This document shows positions 1 to 9,972 of a DNA stretch of 64,000 bases, in pieces. Made by a program: the position numbers and the translations under genes. The stretch is from the NCBI GenBank assembly GCA_017445025.1, contig JAFSVJ010000009.1, positions 1,536-65,535 of the forward strand, read 5' to 3'. The stretch's first letter is position 1. Every line of letters begins with the position of its first letter. The DNA comes from Abditibacteriota bacterium (GTDB taxonomy: Bacteria; Armatimonadota; UBA5829). The notes under the pieces are model-generated. The model was not told the DNA's origin, made no database searches, and saw only the letters and a list, made by a program, of their open reading frames with translations.

Positions 1-806
1 TTGTGAACTTTTTGAAGATTACCATTAAAAGAACCGTTGGAAAAAGATATGGTAATTTTACCTGTATCCATATCTTCATTTATGGTATATTTTAAGTTGG
101 CTCCACCTTTTATATGAATAATATTATCTCTAAAATTGGCATATATATTCATATTGTCCACGATAAAGTTCTTAACTTTATTGCCTATATTAAGTTTTAA
201 ATATAGGCTTGAACCGGATTGACGAATTGGTTTTGTGTTTGGCACAGGAGTGTTTAATTTAAACATTGAGCGAGCAGAGTCGAGTGTCACCTGACCGAAA
301 AGAATATCTGCCACATTCTTAGGGTCTCTGTTTAAAGCGAGAGCGTTTGGATTGTGAACAGAGCCTATCAAATCCACCACCAAGCAATTATTCCAATAGG
401 AATATTCGTATGTGCTGGCAAAGGCAAATTCCAAATTAACAAAACCGTTTTCACAAGTGGCTGAAATAATCTTGTTGTAAATGGTGACATTATTGTTTCT
501 TCTTATATAATCTACACCCAAAGCACCACATAGCTCTGCTATATCAATAAAAGGCATATCATATTGGTTGTAAATATTGATATTTTTTTTACTTTTTTCC
601 AAAAAAATCATATTTAGACCGGAGGCACGGAAATCCAAGTCCAACTTAGACAAAATATCTATAGACATAAGGATTTTGTTTCCCTTCTCCAGGCTCATGG
701 CAGGAGTTATGGGCTGAGTTAAGCCTATAAAGACTTTAAAATCATCAGCCTCTGCCACAGAAGATAAAAGCAAAAACGCTAAAATTAATAATATATATTT
801 TTTCAT
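1..806 (-). CDS. Partial CDS (C-terminus lies beyond the window start); secreted hypothetical protein with N-terminal signal peptide (MKKYILLILAFLLLSSVAEA)
   Basis: Minus-strand frame is open from the ATG at 806 to the window edge, read manually. Hydrophobic signal peptide present. No motif recognised. Confidence 0.5.
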   Translation of the reverse strand, partial: MKKYILLILAFLLLSSVAEADDFKVFIGLTQPITPAMSLEKGNKILMSIDILSKLDLDFRASGLNMIFLEKSKKNINIYNQYDMPFIDIAELCGALGVDYIRRNNNVTIYNKIISATCENGFVNLEFAFASTYEYSYWNNCLVVDLIGSVHNPNALALNRDPKNVADILFGQVTLDSARSMFKLNTPVPNTKPIRQSGSSLYLKLNIGNKVKNFIVDNMNIYANFRDNIIHIKGGANLKYTINEDMDTGKITISFSNGSFNGNLQKVH

Positions 807-812
807 ATAAAA

Positions 813-1829
813 TTACGATGATAAATCCGTCAACATATTACCTAAATTTTTAGAAATAACCTCCACTCCCGCAATGGATATGGCATAGTCCATTCGAGTG
901 GGTCCTATAATTCCTATGACTCCCGCAGGGATACCCCCCACCTTATAACAACAAGAAACCAAGGAATAATCCTTCATAAAAGGATTAAAGTTTTCAGACC
1001 CAATTTTAACGGTTATTTCTTCACTTGTATATTTGAAAACATCTGTAAGCAAATCTTTGTTTTCAAGAGCTGCGAGCATAGATTGAAGCTTGTTTAAATC
1101 CTTAAATTCCGGGTAATTTAATATTTTCCCCACACCTTCATAAGAATATTCTGTATTAAAATTAAATTTCTCCGAATATTCCTCTATAATACCTTTTATA
1201 GCTTTAATAATATCGTCATACACACAAGGAAGTGCCTTGTAGCTTTGAATGTAGTCCACTTCCCTGTCAAGAAATATACTGTATAAATAATTAATGGCAT
1301 TTTCAAAGGAATAGATTTTGTCTTTAAAATTAAAATCTATTATTTTGTGAATGATATATCCGTTGGAAAAAGCCAAAACAAAGAGCTTTTTGTTTGAAAA
1401 ACAATCAGACACTGCAATATATTTTAATTTGGAATTATTAATTTTTGGGTATGAAGCCACAGCCACAAAACCTGTAATGTCAGAAAGCATTTGGCAACCG
1501 CTTTTTATAAGTGCCTCAATTTCCGCTTTGCTTTTAAGAGCTTTAGAAACTATATTTAAGATATTTTTGTCTAAATTTATCTTATCAAGCAAATTATCCA
1601 CATAAAATCTATACCCCAAATCAGTGGGAATTCTGCCTCCGGACTTATGAGGTTGCAAAAGAAAACCTAATGATGCCAGCTCATTCATTTCAGAACGAAT
1701 GGTGGCACTTCTAACATCAAAGTTATAAAAAGACACAAGCCTTTGACTTGCCACAGGCTCGCAAGTTGATACATAATCCGTTATAAGTGCCTTTAATATT
1801 GACTGTTTTCGTTTATCTAAAATATCCAT
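813..1829 (-). CDS. hrcA: Heat-inducible transcription repressor HrcA
   Basis: N-terminus LDKRKQSILKALITDYVSTCEPVASQRLV...SATIRSEMNELASLGFLLQPHKSGGRIPTDLGYRFYVD is the classic HrcA wHTH plus PTD(x)GYR block. True start is probably the internal MDIL Met at 1829, giving about 338 aa. The 32 aa upstream in the ORF track run through repeat DNA. Confidence 0.85.
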   Translation of the reverse strand: MDILDKRKQSILKALITDYVSTCEPVASQRLVSFYNFDVRSATIRSEMNELASLGFLLQPHKSGGRIPTDLGYRFYVDNLLDKINLDKNILNIVSKALKSKAEIEALIKSGCQMLSDITGFVAVASYPKINNSKLKYIAVSDCFSNKKLFVLAFSNGYIIHKIIDFNFKDKIYSFENAINYLYSIFLDREVDYIQSYKALPCVYDDIIKAIKGIIEEYSEKFNFNTEYSYEGVGKILNYPEFKDLNKLQSMLAALENKDLLTDVFKYTSEEITVKIGSENFNPFMKDYSLVSCCYKVGGIPAGVIGIIGPTRMDYAISIAGVEVISKNLGNMLTDLSS

Positions 1830-1859
1830 AAAACCAAATCCCAAAAAGTCTTGACGACT

Positions 1860-1985
1860 TTCCGGGTTGAATTGCGGCAATCTCGGGGTCCCCAAAAAGC
1901 CCTGCGAATAGCGAAAACAACCCAAGGGCTCCCGAAAAGTTGAAGCATCTGCGAAAACTTTTTGGGAATGGGTTTTAGGGGTGAA
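1860..1985. repeat. Copy of the mosaic GC-rich intergenic repeat family (modules gccgcaattcaacc / gggctcccgaaaagtt / cgaaaactttttgggaatgggttttaggg)
   Basis: Near-identical segments recur at 61420-61560, and partly at 36860 and 57395. See findings. Confidence 0.7.
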
Positions 1986-2039
1986 ATTTAAGATTTTTGA
2001 CTAGACCCTTGGAATTTCACAAAATAAAAATAAGATACC

Positions 2040-2060
2040 ACATATATTATACCACAAAAC
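2040..2060 (-). promoter_or_regulatory. Putative sigma70 extended -10 promoter (TGTGGTATAAT on the minus strand) upstream of hrcA
   Basis: The reverse complement of atattatacca is tggtataat. The same tttgtggtataat motif recurs at 9786 (minus), 15371 (plus) and, degenerate, at about 42330. Confidence 0.4.
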
Positions 2061-2074
2061 AGAATCTAAAAACA

Positions 2075-2100
2075 AAAAAAAGACCTATGTAGGTCTTTTA
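2075..2100 (-). terminator. Rho-independent terminator (bidirectional A-tract/stem/T-tract) after the 2121-4952 gene
   Basis: aaaaaaa-agacctatgtaggtct-ttt: a 7-bp perfect stem with flanking A and T runs. Confidence 0.6.
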
Positions 2101-2120
2101 TACAATAATCCATAAAATAA

Positions 2121-4952
2121 TCATGACAGTTTCCAATTAATCTTTAAAAAGTAGGTTTCACTTTCCCGTCTGTCTTTTGTGACAGCCCAAACAGCAATTT
2201 TACTGTCTTCCAAAATAAGGTTTACTCTTGTGGGATTGTCAAACTCATAAACCCAAAAGCCATCCTTATACTCAAAGAGACAATCCATTCCCCATATAGG
2301 ACAATTGTAAACTCCCTCAAGTTCTTCATAAGGCACATTAACTTTACATTTTATTATATTTTTCTCATTGGGATAGATAATATTATCATCATTAATTATG
2401 GCCTCGGTAATCTTTATGGAAGTGTCTAAAACAGGTGCGTTGTAATTTCCTGTTTCTCTGTCATAACCATAGAAAGCCATAGGAATGTTTTCATATTGAA
2501 GATACAACTCTCCGGCGGTAGTTTGTATTTCATTTATTTCATTCCACTTAACCTTATCTGTAATATCGGCAAAATAAACAAGTTTTATATTACAAAGAAA
2601 AGTCTCGAGTGTTAAAGCAACATCCTCTCCGTTTAAGGTTATTTTTGGCATCTCTCCTTCAATAAAAACACATAGCCACAGCCTGTCGGGACGATACCAC
2701 ATAATGTTTGATAAGATGTGATTTTTGCTGCAATGATTAAGTTTATCACCAACCTTTATAATTTCATCGGTTATATTATAACTATCAATTATCTTCTTTA
2801 TCTCACCTGAGGCAAAAAACGAACCTTTCCCCGCCTTTGTGGGAATATAAGTAGGTAATTTGGGTCTCTCTCTCCTTTCATCCTCTATAAGCCTGTCCGC
2901 AAGTTCCAAAACCATAACAGAATATTCGGGAACAATAAGATCAATTTTATCATTATAAGAGGCTTCTTTAACGGGAAATCTTTCGGGATAGATATTGTTT
3001 ATACAAACTTCTCCTCCCGTAAACCCTACTCGCTCATTAAGAACAAAACTAAAATTAAGGGGTTTATAACCTGAATTAACAAGAAAGATAAAACCTTTGT
3101 TATCTATAAGTTTGGAATATCCTTCTACTCCCACACCCACATGTTCCCCAAAAGGAATAGTATTTTTGCTATACTCCCAATTCTCTCTTTGCCAATTAAC
3201 CCAATATTTATAAAAATCTAAAACTTCTTTATCTAAATACCTTGGTACAATAGGCAAAGTTAAGGAACCGCCGCAAGCTATAACAGATAAGAGAGCATAT
3301 TTATATCCGCAATAGTCAAAAAGTTTATCGCAATCAGGCTCGTTAAACCAACCGCAATCCTGTGTCATATGGAAGGTTAAACCATGGTTGAGAGTTTGGT
3401 GCATAAATCTAAAGTAATAATTCCAATTAGATTGAAATCTCATATCAGAGGCAGTTTGCCTGTCAGCTGACATATCCTCAAAGAGAGGTATATCACAAAC
3501 TATATGGGCTTCCCAATAGCCTTCATGTTGATCTATGTATTTATATCCCCACAAGCCATATCTCTTGTTTCCGTAAAAACCGATTATGTATAAATCGGGA
3601 AATTCTCTTTTAAGCTCTGCCATTATTCTTAAATGATTGCGAAAGCCTTTATACTCTCCTTTACCTTTGAGATGACCGTGATTTTCACTAAAACAATACA
3701 TACAGTCACCGGGACCCGGGTCCCAATTCCAAAGTTTTAAGTTATACTTTCTGATAGTATTTTTTTGAACTTCAATATACCAATGCAAGAATTCTTTTGA
3801 GCCTATACAGTTTTCACGGCTTATATCTCCAAAAACATCTATTTTTTTCCATTTTGGGTTATCTGTATAATTTGAGTGAGGGTCATTGCAACCCTTAACA
3901 TTTACACTGGCACCCATATAGATTCCTATGTCAAGACCTTTGTTTTTGGCATAATCATATATCTCTTCCGCAAGAGTGTTTTCAGGAAAAAGCTCCCAGT
4001 AGGAATTCAAATCTTCATTAGGTATTTTATTTTCACATAAGGGGTTAAAAATTATGAGTTCTATACCTAATTTGACACAATTATCTATATGTTTGAAATA
4101 TCTCTCTTTTATATCTTCACCGGGATTATAAGGAAGATTGGAAAAATTATCGTAAGAGATAAATTTAAAGGGCTTTTTATCTGTTTCAAAATAGGTTTTT
4201 GTATATTCGTTAAATTCATAAGTTTCGGAAAAATATAGGGGTATGCCCTCACTTGGATTTCTGAAACGGGTGTAGTATCTGTCCCCTACTTTTTGAGTGG
4301 CATATTTGATTTGCTGAACTACTTTTTCTCCCCAAAGCTCATATAATCCTATAAAGTTAATATCACAATCAAATTCTTCTTTTGGTTCAAGGATTAAGTT
4401 AGGTTCAAACTCCACTCTGTTGCCGGATAGGTAAAAATATGGATTTTCAAAACCAAAGAACAAGCCTTTCTTCCCCTCTCGTGCGAAGACAGCCCCGGAA
4501 CCATACAAAAAAGTCCTATACAAAAAAGCTTCATCATAAGAATCAATACTCATACCAATCTTATAAAGTTCTGTTTTTTCAAAAAACTTTAAAGATAATC
4601 GTCTTTTAATGAAATTTTTTCCACAGAGCAAATACTCTAATTTAAAGACTGCCTTTTCACTCATATAGATATAATAATTATCTTTCTTTTGAACAGATAA
4701 TTTTGACAAATCATATATTCCTTTATTTGTTTCAATATAGATATTATCAGAGTGAAAGTCTATATCAATTTTGTTATTATCTAATTTAGTAATAAAACCA
4801 TGCTCATTTAACAAATAATCCATAGTAATACCTTTTTTTAATGCAAAATGCTGTCCCCCTAAGCCGAATTCAAAAAAAGTCAAATGTTCATCAACCTGAA
4901 ACAAGACGAACTCACCATCCTTAAACCACAAATTGCAAAAATGACCTGCCAC
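2121..4952 (-). CDS. Large cytoplasmic hypothetical protein, possibly a glycoside-hydrolase-like enzyme; start uncertain (a GTG at 4952 lacks an RBS; alternative Met at about 4823)
   Basis: A 943-aa open frame. No signal peptide. Aromatic-rich Asp/Glu-containing blocks (WNWDPGPGDCMYCF, GIYMGASVNV) suggest a TIM-barrel sugar hydrolase. No family motif was confidently recognised. Confidence 0.45.
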   Translation of the reverse strand: MAGHFCNLWFKDGEFVLFQVDEHLTFFEFGLGGQHFALKKGITMDYLLNEHGFITKLDNNKIDIDFHSDNIYIETNKGIYDLSKLSVQKKDNYYIYMSEKAVFKLEYLLCGKNFIKRRLSLKFFEKTELYKIGMSIDSYDEAFLYRTFLYGSGAVFAREGKKGLFFGFENPYFYLSGNRVEFEPNLILEPKEEFDCDINFIGLYELWGEKVVQQIKYATQKVGDRYYTRFRNPSEGIPLYFSETYEFNEYTKTYFETDKKPFKFISYDNFSNLPYNPGEDIKERYFKHIDNCVKLGIELIIFNPLCENKIPNEDLNSYWELFPENTLAEEIYDYAKNKGLDIGIYMGASVNVKGCNDPHSNYTDNPKWKKIDVFGDISRENCIGSKEFLHWYIEVQKNTIRKYNLKLWNWDPGPGDCMYCFSENHGHLKGKGEYKGFRNHLRIMAELKREFPDLYIIGFYGNKRYGLWGYKYIDQHEGYWEAHIVCDIPLFEDMSADRQTASDMRFQSNWNYYFRFMHQTLNHGLTFHMTQDCGWFNEPDCDKLFDYCGYKYALLSVIACGGSLTLPIVPRYLDKEVLDFYKYWVNWQRENWEYSKNTIPFGEHVGVGVEGYSKLIDNKGFIFLVNSGYKPLNFSFVLNERVGFTGGEVCINNIYPERFPVKEASYNDKIDLIVPEYSVMVLELADRLIEDERRERPKLPTYIPTKAGKGSFFASGEIKKIIDSYNITDEIIKVGDKLNHCSKNHILSNIMWYRPDRLWLCVFIEGEMPKITLNGEDVALTLETFLCNIKLVYFADITDKVKWNEINEIQTTAGELYLQYENIPMAFYGYDRETGNYNAPVLDTSIKITEAIINDDNIIYPNEKNIIKCKVNVPYEELEGVYNCPIWGMDCLFEYKDGFWVYEFDNPTRVNLILEDSKIAVWAVTKDRRESETYFLKINWKLS

Positions 4953-4954
4953 TG

Positions 4955-5285
4955 TTTTTTTAAGGAGGGGGGACCGTCGAACTCAAGGGTTCCCGGAAAA
5001 CCCCGCTTGCGAAATTTTTTGGGATTTGAGAAGCCGGTAGGTGGTCAGGAGTAAAATTTGCATAGAATTGCAAATTTATGATAGAAGCCTACTAATACAA
5101 ACCAACAACCCAAGTTAATAGATTTACCCTCTTTGAACTGAATTTGCAACCGCAAATTCCTTTCAAGGAAGGGGGACCGTCGAAGCCGGTGGGTGGTCAG
5201 GAGTAAAATTTGCAAAACTGCAAATTTTACGATAGAAGCCTAATAATTAAAGCCAACAACCCAAGTATAATAGCCCCCCCTATCA
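4955..5285. repeat. Two tandem copies of the mosaic intergenic repeat (core ggtggtcaggagtaaaatttgcaaaactgcaaattttacgatagaagcct)
   Basis: The core, with a perfect 12-bp inverted repeat gtaaaatttgca-aaac-tgcaaattttac, occurs at 5043-5092 and 5193-5242. Reverse-orientation copies are at 36720-36775 and 57115-57170, and a same-orientation copy at 61571-61620. Confidence 0.8.
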
Positions 5286-5286
5286 T

Positions 5287-7503
5287 TTATTCCACTATAA
5301 ATATCTTTGTTTCAAGAGGAGCAAGTTCTGTCTTGGCCTTTATGGCTTTCCCCTTTGCTGTTTCCGCTTTTTGAGGATAAATCTCACTTATTGTATATGA
5401 AGATTTTTCCTTTAAATACAAATCCGAAGGTGTGGCTTCAAAATCAACTTTTATACTGTCATTTATCTGTATATTGGTCAAGCAAACCATAGTTTTTCCT
5501 TTGTAGTTAAAAGAACAAGTTCTCACAACGGGGAAATCATAATCTCCCAATATACCAAAGTTTTGCAAAAATATTTTATCTTTGGGAACAGAGCTTGTTA
5601 TAGTGACATTTCTAACCATTTCACCAAAGTTAAAGTATTCCTTTCCTGCCCATCGTGCTTCTGCCACACCTTTTACATATTTTCCAAAATAGGGATAAGC
5701 GTGAACCTCATCTCCCGTTCCGAAACCCCAGCCCGGTTGCCAACCTTTGGTTAATACTATAGCTGTTTTATTTATAGCGGGAAGAGCCTCTTGTCTTGTA
5801 AACTCCTCACCATAATAATAGTTTCCGAAACTTGCCACATATCCTGAATATATAACAGTATTTACTGGGCTGTCAGCCAAACTGTCATTTAATTCATTAC
5901 ATCTGAGCCAAGCATCAAAAGGATAAGCCTCTGCGGAAGATTCCGTTGTGATTACAATGGGTTCCCCCTTTATTTCATTTAATTTTTCTCTTATTTCTTG
6001 TATTAATTTGTAATATGTGTCAGCCCAATGAGAACCACCACCCACAGGGTGATTGTGATCTTTGTTAAAACAGGTGAAAGCGGGCACACAACCCACTTGA
6101 TCCATATACAAAGCGTCAATGTTTTCCTCTTTCATTATATTTTGAACTTCTTCAAGATAAGCATCATAATAAGGGGAAGTTGGGCAACATGTGACATTAT
6201 TGGCACCTTCAGCTTGAAACTCGGAAATTCTGGGTTTTTCGTCAGGACCGAAGGAAAGCAAAATGTCCCCATATTTTTTGTATGTGGGAGCTTGGTTTAT
6301 ATCTACAAGGTGAGTGTTTGTGTAAGGCATAACCTTAATATCTTTGGCTTGAAAATCCATAATATCCTGTTTATATCTGTCTTGTGCGGGAAGCCAATTG
6401 GGATAGTGAGTATCAAAGAGATATTGAGACCAGTGATATGTATGAACAGCCACAGGAACACCCAAAAACTCTTTGGTTTTTATAACATTGGCTTTGGTTT
6501 CATCCGTAAGTCCGTGTTGAGTAAGCCACATAGGACAATCTTTAAACCACTGTGGCAGGTCTGCTCTGTCTTCAATTTTACCTTGAGAGAAGGGAGCAAA
6601 GTTAGATTTAATTCCCCAAGCTCTGAATTTCTTGGCAACATCAAACCAGTCACCCTTTAATGTGGCAAAATTAAAGTTATAGGATTGAACATATTCCTTA
6701 CCACCCACACCCATATAATCGGGGTTAAGAGTAATATAGAAATTCATATTATCAGGCTTTGGGGTTTTGAAAGAAAAGATTTTATGCTCTGCCTTAACAT
6801 CTTCGGGAGACATATAAAGTGATGTGCCACCTTTGGTGACGGAGGTTAATTGGTTGGAACACACAACACCGGGATATTCCAAATCCATATTGGTATCGAA
6901 ACCGTCAGAGAAATTACCACCGTATTGAGGAAGCAAAACATTATTTCCCTTTGCCACATCAATATTTGTTATGTTAGGGAAAATAATTTGCCAAACCCCA
7001 TAATCTTGGTTGGAAGATATACCTATGTTCCAATAAGAATTGTTTTCCGCCAAGGCACAATAAACTGTCACGTCAAAACCTGAGTTCATCCCGTAGATTT
7101 TTACATTTTCCCATACCATTTTAAGAGCGTCGGGAGTGCGACTTTTTGCGTCTTTAAACTTTTGTTCGGATAAAGGCTTTGAGGAATCAATCTTACCATC
7201 GGCAACAAGTGGGGTGACGGTAAGTTTTTCCGCATCTCTCGGACCTAAAAACATGGAATCAGCGGTAAATTGGTTTGAAGGTTTACAAATAAATGACCAA
7301 AGATTGTTGTTTTCGTCAGTATCTGTAATAAAATTTACTCTTGTGCCGTTGTCGGCAATTTTGGATATGGTGGCATTATAATCATCAGAGATGAAAATGC
7401 CAACGGTTATATCTTTGTTTTTAATAATATAATCTTTTGATTGAGCATTACAACCCATGGTTCCTATTACAATAATAATCAATAAAAGATATAATTTTTT
7501 CAT
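5287..7503 (-). CDS. Secreted lipoprotein, putative glycan-active hydrolase
   Basis: Signal peptide with lipobox-like ...VIGTMGC|NAQ. A 738-aa frame with an RBS-free but clean start. Asp/aromatic-rich core (YHWSQYLFDTHYPNWLP, ALYMDQVGCVP). Family not recognised. Confidence 0.5.
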   Translation of the reverse strand: MKKLYLLLIIIVIGTMGCNAQSKDYIIKNKDITVGIFISDDYNATISKIADNGTRVNFITDTDENNNLWSFICKPSNQFTADSMFLGPRDAEKLTVTPLVADGKIDSSKPLSEQKFKDAKSRTPDALKMVWENVKIYGMNSGFDVTVYCALAENNSYWNIGISSNQDYGVWQIIFPNITNIDVAKGNNVLLPQYGGNFSDGFDTNMDLEYPGVVCSNQLTSVTKGGTSLYMSPEDVKAEHKIFSFKTPKPDNMNFYITLNPDYMGVGGKEYVQSYNFNFATLKGDWFDVAKKFRAWGIKSNFAPFSQGKIEDRADLPQWFKDCPMWLTQHGLTDETKANVIKTKEFLGVPVAVHTYHWSQYLFDTHYPNWLPAQDRYKQDIMDFQAKDIKVMPYTNTHLVDINQAPTYKKYGDILLSFGPDEKPRISEFQAEGANNVTCCPTSPYYDAYLEEVQNIMKEENIDALYMDQVGCVPAFTCFNKDHNHPVGGGSHWADTYYKLIQEIREKLNEIKGEPIVITTESSAEAYPFDAWLRCNELNDSLADSPVNTVIYSGYVASFGNYYYGEEFTRQEALPAINKTAIVLTKGWQPGWGFGTGDEVHAYPYFGKYVKGVAEARWAGKEYFNFGEMVRNVTITSSVPKDKIFLQNFGILGDYDFPVVRTCSFNYKGKTMVCLTNIQINDSIKVDFEATPSDLYLKEKSSYTISEIYPQKAETAKGKAIKAKTELAPLETKIFIVE

Positions 7504-7554
7504 ATTATTGCTTCTCCTTTTTATGATTTTTTTGTTTTCTGCCTAATTTGTCAG

Positions 7555-7640
7555 CCTCCCCCCCCCGAGCCCCCCTCCCTTATGACTGCATTTTGTCCCC
7601 CTAAGCCGATAGGCTTGGGGGGTGGATTTTTGCATAGCAA
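7555..7640. repeat. Partial copy (reverse orientation) of the repeat-family module gtccccctaagc...gcttggggggtgg
   Basis: Its reverse complement matches 57228-57258 (ccaccccccaagctgtcgcttagggggacag). This is a GC-rich imperfect palindrome in AT-rich DNA. Confidence 0.6.
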
Positions 7641-7711
7641 AAAGACGGGGGAATGGACATCTAAATGCAAATTTATGCATTCACTCGCTTTGCGATATAA
7701 AAGCATAAATA

Positions 7712-8815
7712 CTAATCAATTTCTGAATGTATATACGGTATCAAAAATTCTGCCCACATTTCACCGTGTTTTTTAATTCCTTTCAAGCTTAAGTGGATTC
7801 CTTTTCCCTCAAAGTCTCTGTATTCTTCTTGAAGAGTATCAGTATCGGGACCTTCAAAAGCTATTTTATTATCCCATATTCTTTGGAAAGCGGCTCTGAC
7901 TTTTTCGTCCCCTCTCATGTGTGGTCCATGATAAGAAACCTTTGCCACAAACCAAGGTATATACCAACCGGCGTCTTTTCGTGAGCTTTCAATAATGTTT
8001 ACGGTTAAATTATAGAAGAAATCAGTTTCGTTTCCCACATTGGATTCCCCTTGATGCCATATAACACATCTAAAACCCTTGTTTCCGAATTGATAAACCC
8101 TTTTCATAAAATAGCTATACATATCCGTTTGCCCATTTAATTTATCTTGCACAGGCATCCACTTTCCTTCGGCATTTAGAGCAAGTTTATGTCTGGTCAA
8201 TTCTAAACCGGCTCCCGGTTGCCAACGTTCCGCTTCACTTCCCCCCCAAGGGGTTGGAGCAAAACCAATGGGAACATGAAATTCTTTGTATAAAGCATCA
8301 CCCAATGCAGGATAAAAGGAACCTCCTATGCTTCCATCTTGAATGCCAATTTGAGGATCATCTCCGTATTTCCAAATAACACCGTCAGTAGAAGAAACCA
8401 TTCCACTTTCCTGTTTAGAAACTTCAGAGCTGGCATTAGAAGCGTTGGACTGACCGGCACTTATAATAACTTCTCCCACACCAACACAATCGATTTCTTT
8501 AAAACCGTCATTTCCGTATCGGAGTTGAAGGCGATACCAACCTCCCGCGGGGGTTTCAATATCTGCTTTAAAAGCACCGTATTTGTCCGGCTTTATAGTT
8601 TTCTCTATTATAATTTCTTTGTCTTGATAGTTTTTACCTATAATTTTGCAGTTAATTTTATCGGAAGATGTCTTTCCGCTTACCAAAATATAACCAACAC
8701 TCTTGGTCTGTCTTTGAAAAACTTGATAATTTGTAGGCGAGTAAAGAGTCATATCTTGAGCAAACAAACCTATCGAACAGAACATTAATACCAATCCCAA
8801 AAGTATTATTTTCAT
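7712..8815 (-). CDS. Secreted SGNH-type carbohydrate esterase, sialate O-acetylesterase-like (DUF303 family)
   Basis: Signal peptide MKIILLGLVLMFCSIGLFA. The GQSNASN and WHQGESN blocks correspond to the GQSNM and QGESD hallmarks of the DUF303/SASA esterase family. Confidence 0.6.
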   Translation of the reverse strand: MKIILLGLVLMFCSIGLFAQDMTLYSPTNYQVFQRQTKSVGYILVSGKTSSDKINCKIIGKNYQDKEIIIEKTIKPDKYGAFKADIETPAGGWYRLQLRYGNDGFKEIDCVGVGEVIISAGQSNASNASSEVSKQESGMVSSTDGVIWKYGDDPQIGIQDGSIGGSFYPALGDALYKEFHVPIGFAPTPWGGSEAERWQPGAGLELTRHKLALNAEGKWMPVQDKLNGQTDMYSYFMKRVYQFGNKGFRCVIWHQGESNVGNETDFFYNLTVNIIESSRKDAGWYIPWFVAKVSYHGPHMRGDEKVRAAFQRIWDNKIAFEGPDTDTLQEEYRDFEGKGIHLSLKGIKKHGEMWAEFLIPYIHSEID

Positions 8816-8916
8816 ATCAGTTCCTTTTTAATATTAAAAAATGGTGCAATTGCACCATTATACTAAATCTATAAATATTCCAAACCACCGAGGTGGTTTG
8901 GAATTTACATATTTAA

Positions 8917-9663
8917 TTATCTCTTGATAGGCCACATGTTAATGGGAGTTGTTGTTGCTTCAGGCTTCATAGCCTTTGCGTGACCGTCAGCGAATGTCCA
9001 GTTGTCCATACCGTTGTGGTATCCCTTCATAGCTTTACAAGCGGGGTCGTTAAGCTCACTTCTTTGGTTACCAAAGGCAAGTAAGTATGTTTGGTAAGGA
9101 TTAATTGGTGGGAAGCAGGTGTCACCGTAAGCTATGTAGTTAAGAGTTCCCCAACCGTATCTCCATGTTTCAGCAACAAGAATTGTTTCGGCAGGATTGG
9201 CAATTTCTGCGTTAGTAATAACAGCTTCGGAAGTATCTCCGTCAAGGATGAATTGACACATACCGGACTCTCTGAAAATGTATACGTTACCACAATAAGA
9301 GTTTCTTCCGATGTGACCGTTCTGTTGCATCCAAGCAGCGAAACCATCGTCAGAGGGACATTTGAAAATTGTGGAGTGGCTCCATGTTCCTGCTTGACCC
9401 TTGTTACCTGCGTAAGGTAAAACCTTAATGGCCCAACCGTTGTATCCGCTACCGTTGGATGGGGGATAGGTTTCGTCATAGTCGTCTACGTAGAGCATAG
9501 TTGCCGTTCCGATTTGTTTCATATTGGACAGACAGTTAGCAGCTCTTGCTTTCTCTCTTGCTTGGGCAAATACGGGGAATAGAATTGCAGCAAGAATGGC
9601 AATTATAGCAATAACTACCAACAATTCTATAAGGGTAAATCCTTTTTTGAACATTGTGTTCAC
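8917..9663 (-). CDS. DUF1559-type protein with prepilin-type N-terminal cleavage/methylation domain (H-X9-DG family)
   Basis: N-terminus [29 protein letters not shown] is a type IV pilin-like signal. The C-terminal FADGHAKAM block matches the DUF1559 H-X9-DG signature. This family is typical of Planctomycetes, Verrucomicrobia and Lentisphaerae. Confidence 0.8.
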   Translation of the reverse strand: MNTMFKKGFTLIELLVVIAIIAILAAILFPVFAQAREKARAANCLSNMKQIGTATMLYVDDYDETYPPSNGSGYNGWAIKVLPYAGNKGQAGTWSHSTIFKCPSDDGFAAWMQQNGHIGRNSYCGNVYIFRESGMCQFILDGDTSEAVITNAEIANPAETILVAETWRYGWGTLNYIAYGDTCFPPINPYQTYLLAFGNQRSELNDPACKAMKGYHNGMDNWTFADGHAKAMKPEATTTPINMWPIKR

Positions 9664-9783
9664 CTCATTTTAATTTATTAATTTATTTAAACGGTTTTAA
9701 GCACCGGTTAAACCAAATTTATTATAAGTATAACAGTATACTAATCAAAATCAAAAAATATAAGAGTTTTACTCTTTACAACT

Positions 9784-9800
9784 ATATTATACCACAAACA
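9784..9800 (-). promoter_or_regulatory. Putative extended -10 promoter (tttgtggtataat on the minus strand) for the DUF1559 gene
   Basis: Same motif as upstream of hrcA, oriented toward 8917-9663. Confidence 0.35.
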
Positions 9801-9924
9801 ACAAAAAAAGTCAAGAGTAAAAAGCCCTTTTTTTTTTAAAATAATAAATTTTTTGTTTTTTTGGTTTGAGAAGAAAATCCTAATGAGGATAGGCTCTATA
9901 GCCTGCCATAAATATTAAAGGCAA

Positions 9925-9952
9925 CTAACAAAAGTGGGGCAAAGCCCCACAT
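9925..9952 (-). terminator. Rho-independent terminator downstream of the lacI-family/amidase operon
   Basis: Minus-strand stem gtgggg-ctttg-ccccac followed by ttttgtt. Confidence 0.45.
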
Positions 9953-9972
9953 TCTAATTTCTCAAAAGCCAC

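Noticed and set aside
1830-2120. Search for a CIRCE operator (TTAGCACTC-N9-GAGTGCTAA) upstream of hrcA
   Set aside because: No match found in the 290 bp upstream. The region is instead occupied by a repeat-family copy and a TGGTATAAT-type promoter.
4952-4975. Plus-strand taaggagggggga Shine-Dalgarno-like string
   Set aside because: No start codon or ORF follows on the plus strand. It is part of the GC-rich repeat.
6028-6660. 210-aa plus-strand ORF (and several 60-150-aa ORFs at 5307, 5563, 6850, 7136, 8339, 9091, 9132, 13471, 23067, 34328, 35356, 35886, 40357, 45978, 49107, 50991, 51941, 55385, 58054, 60396, 62204)
   Set aside because: Antisense or embedded within longer, motif-supported genes. 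Low-complexity translations typical of shadow ORFs in AT-rich DNA.
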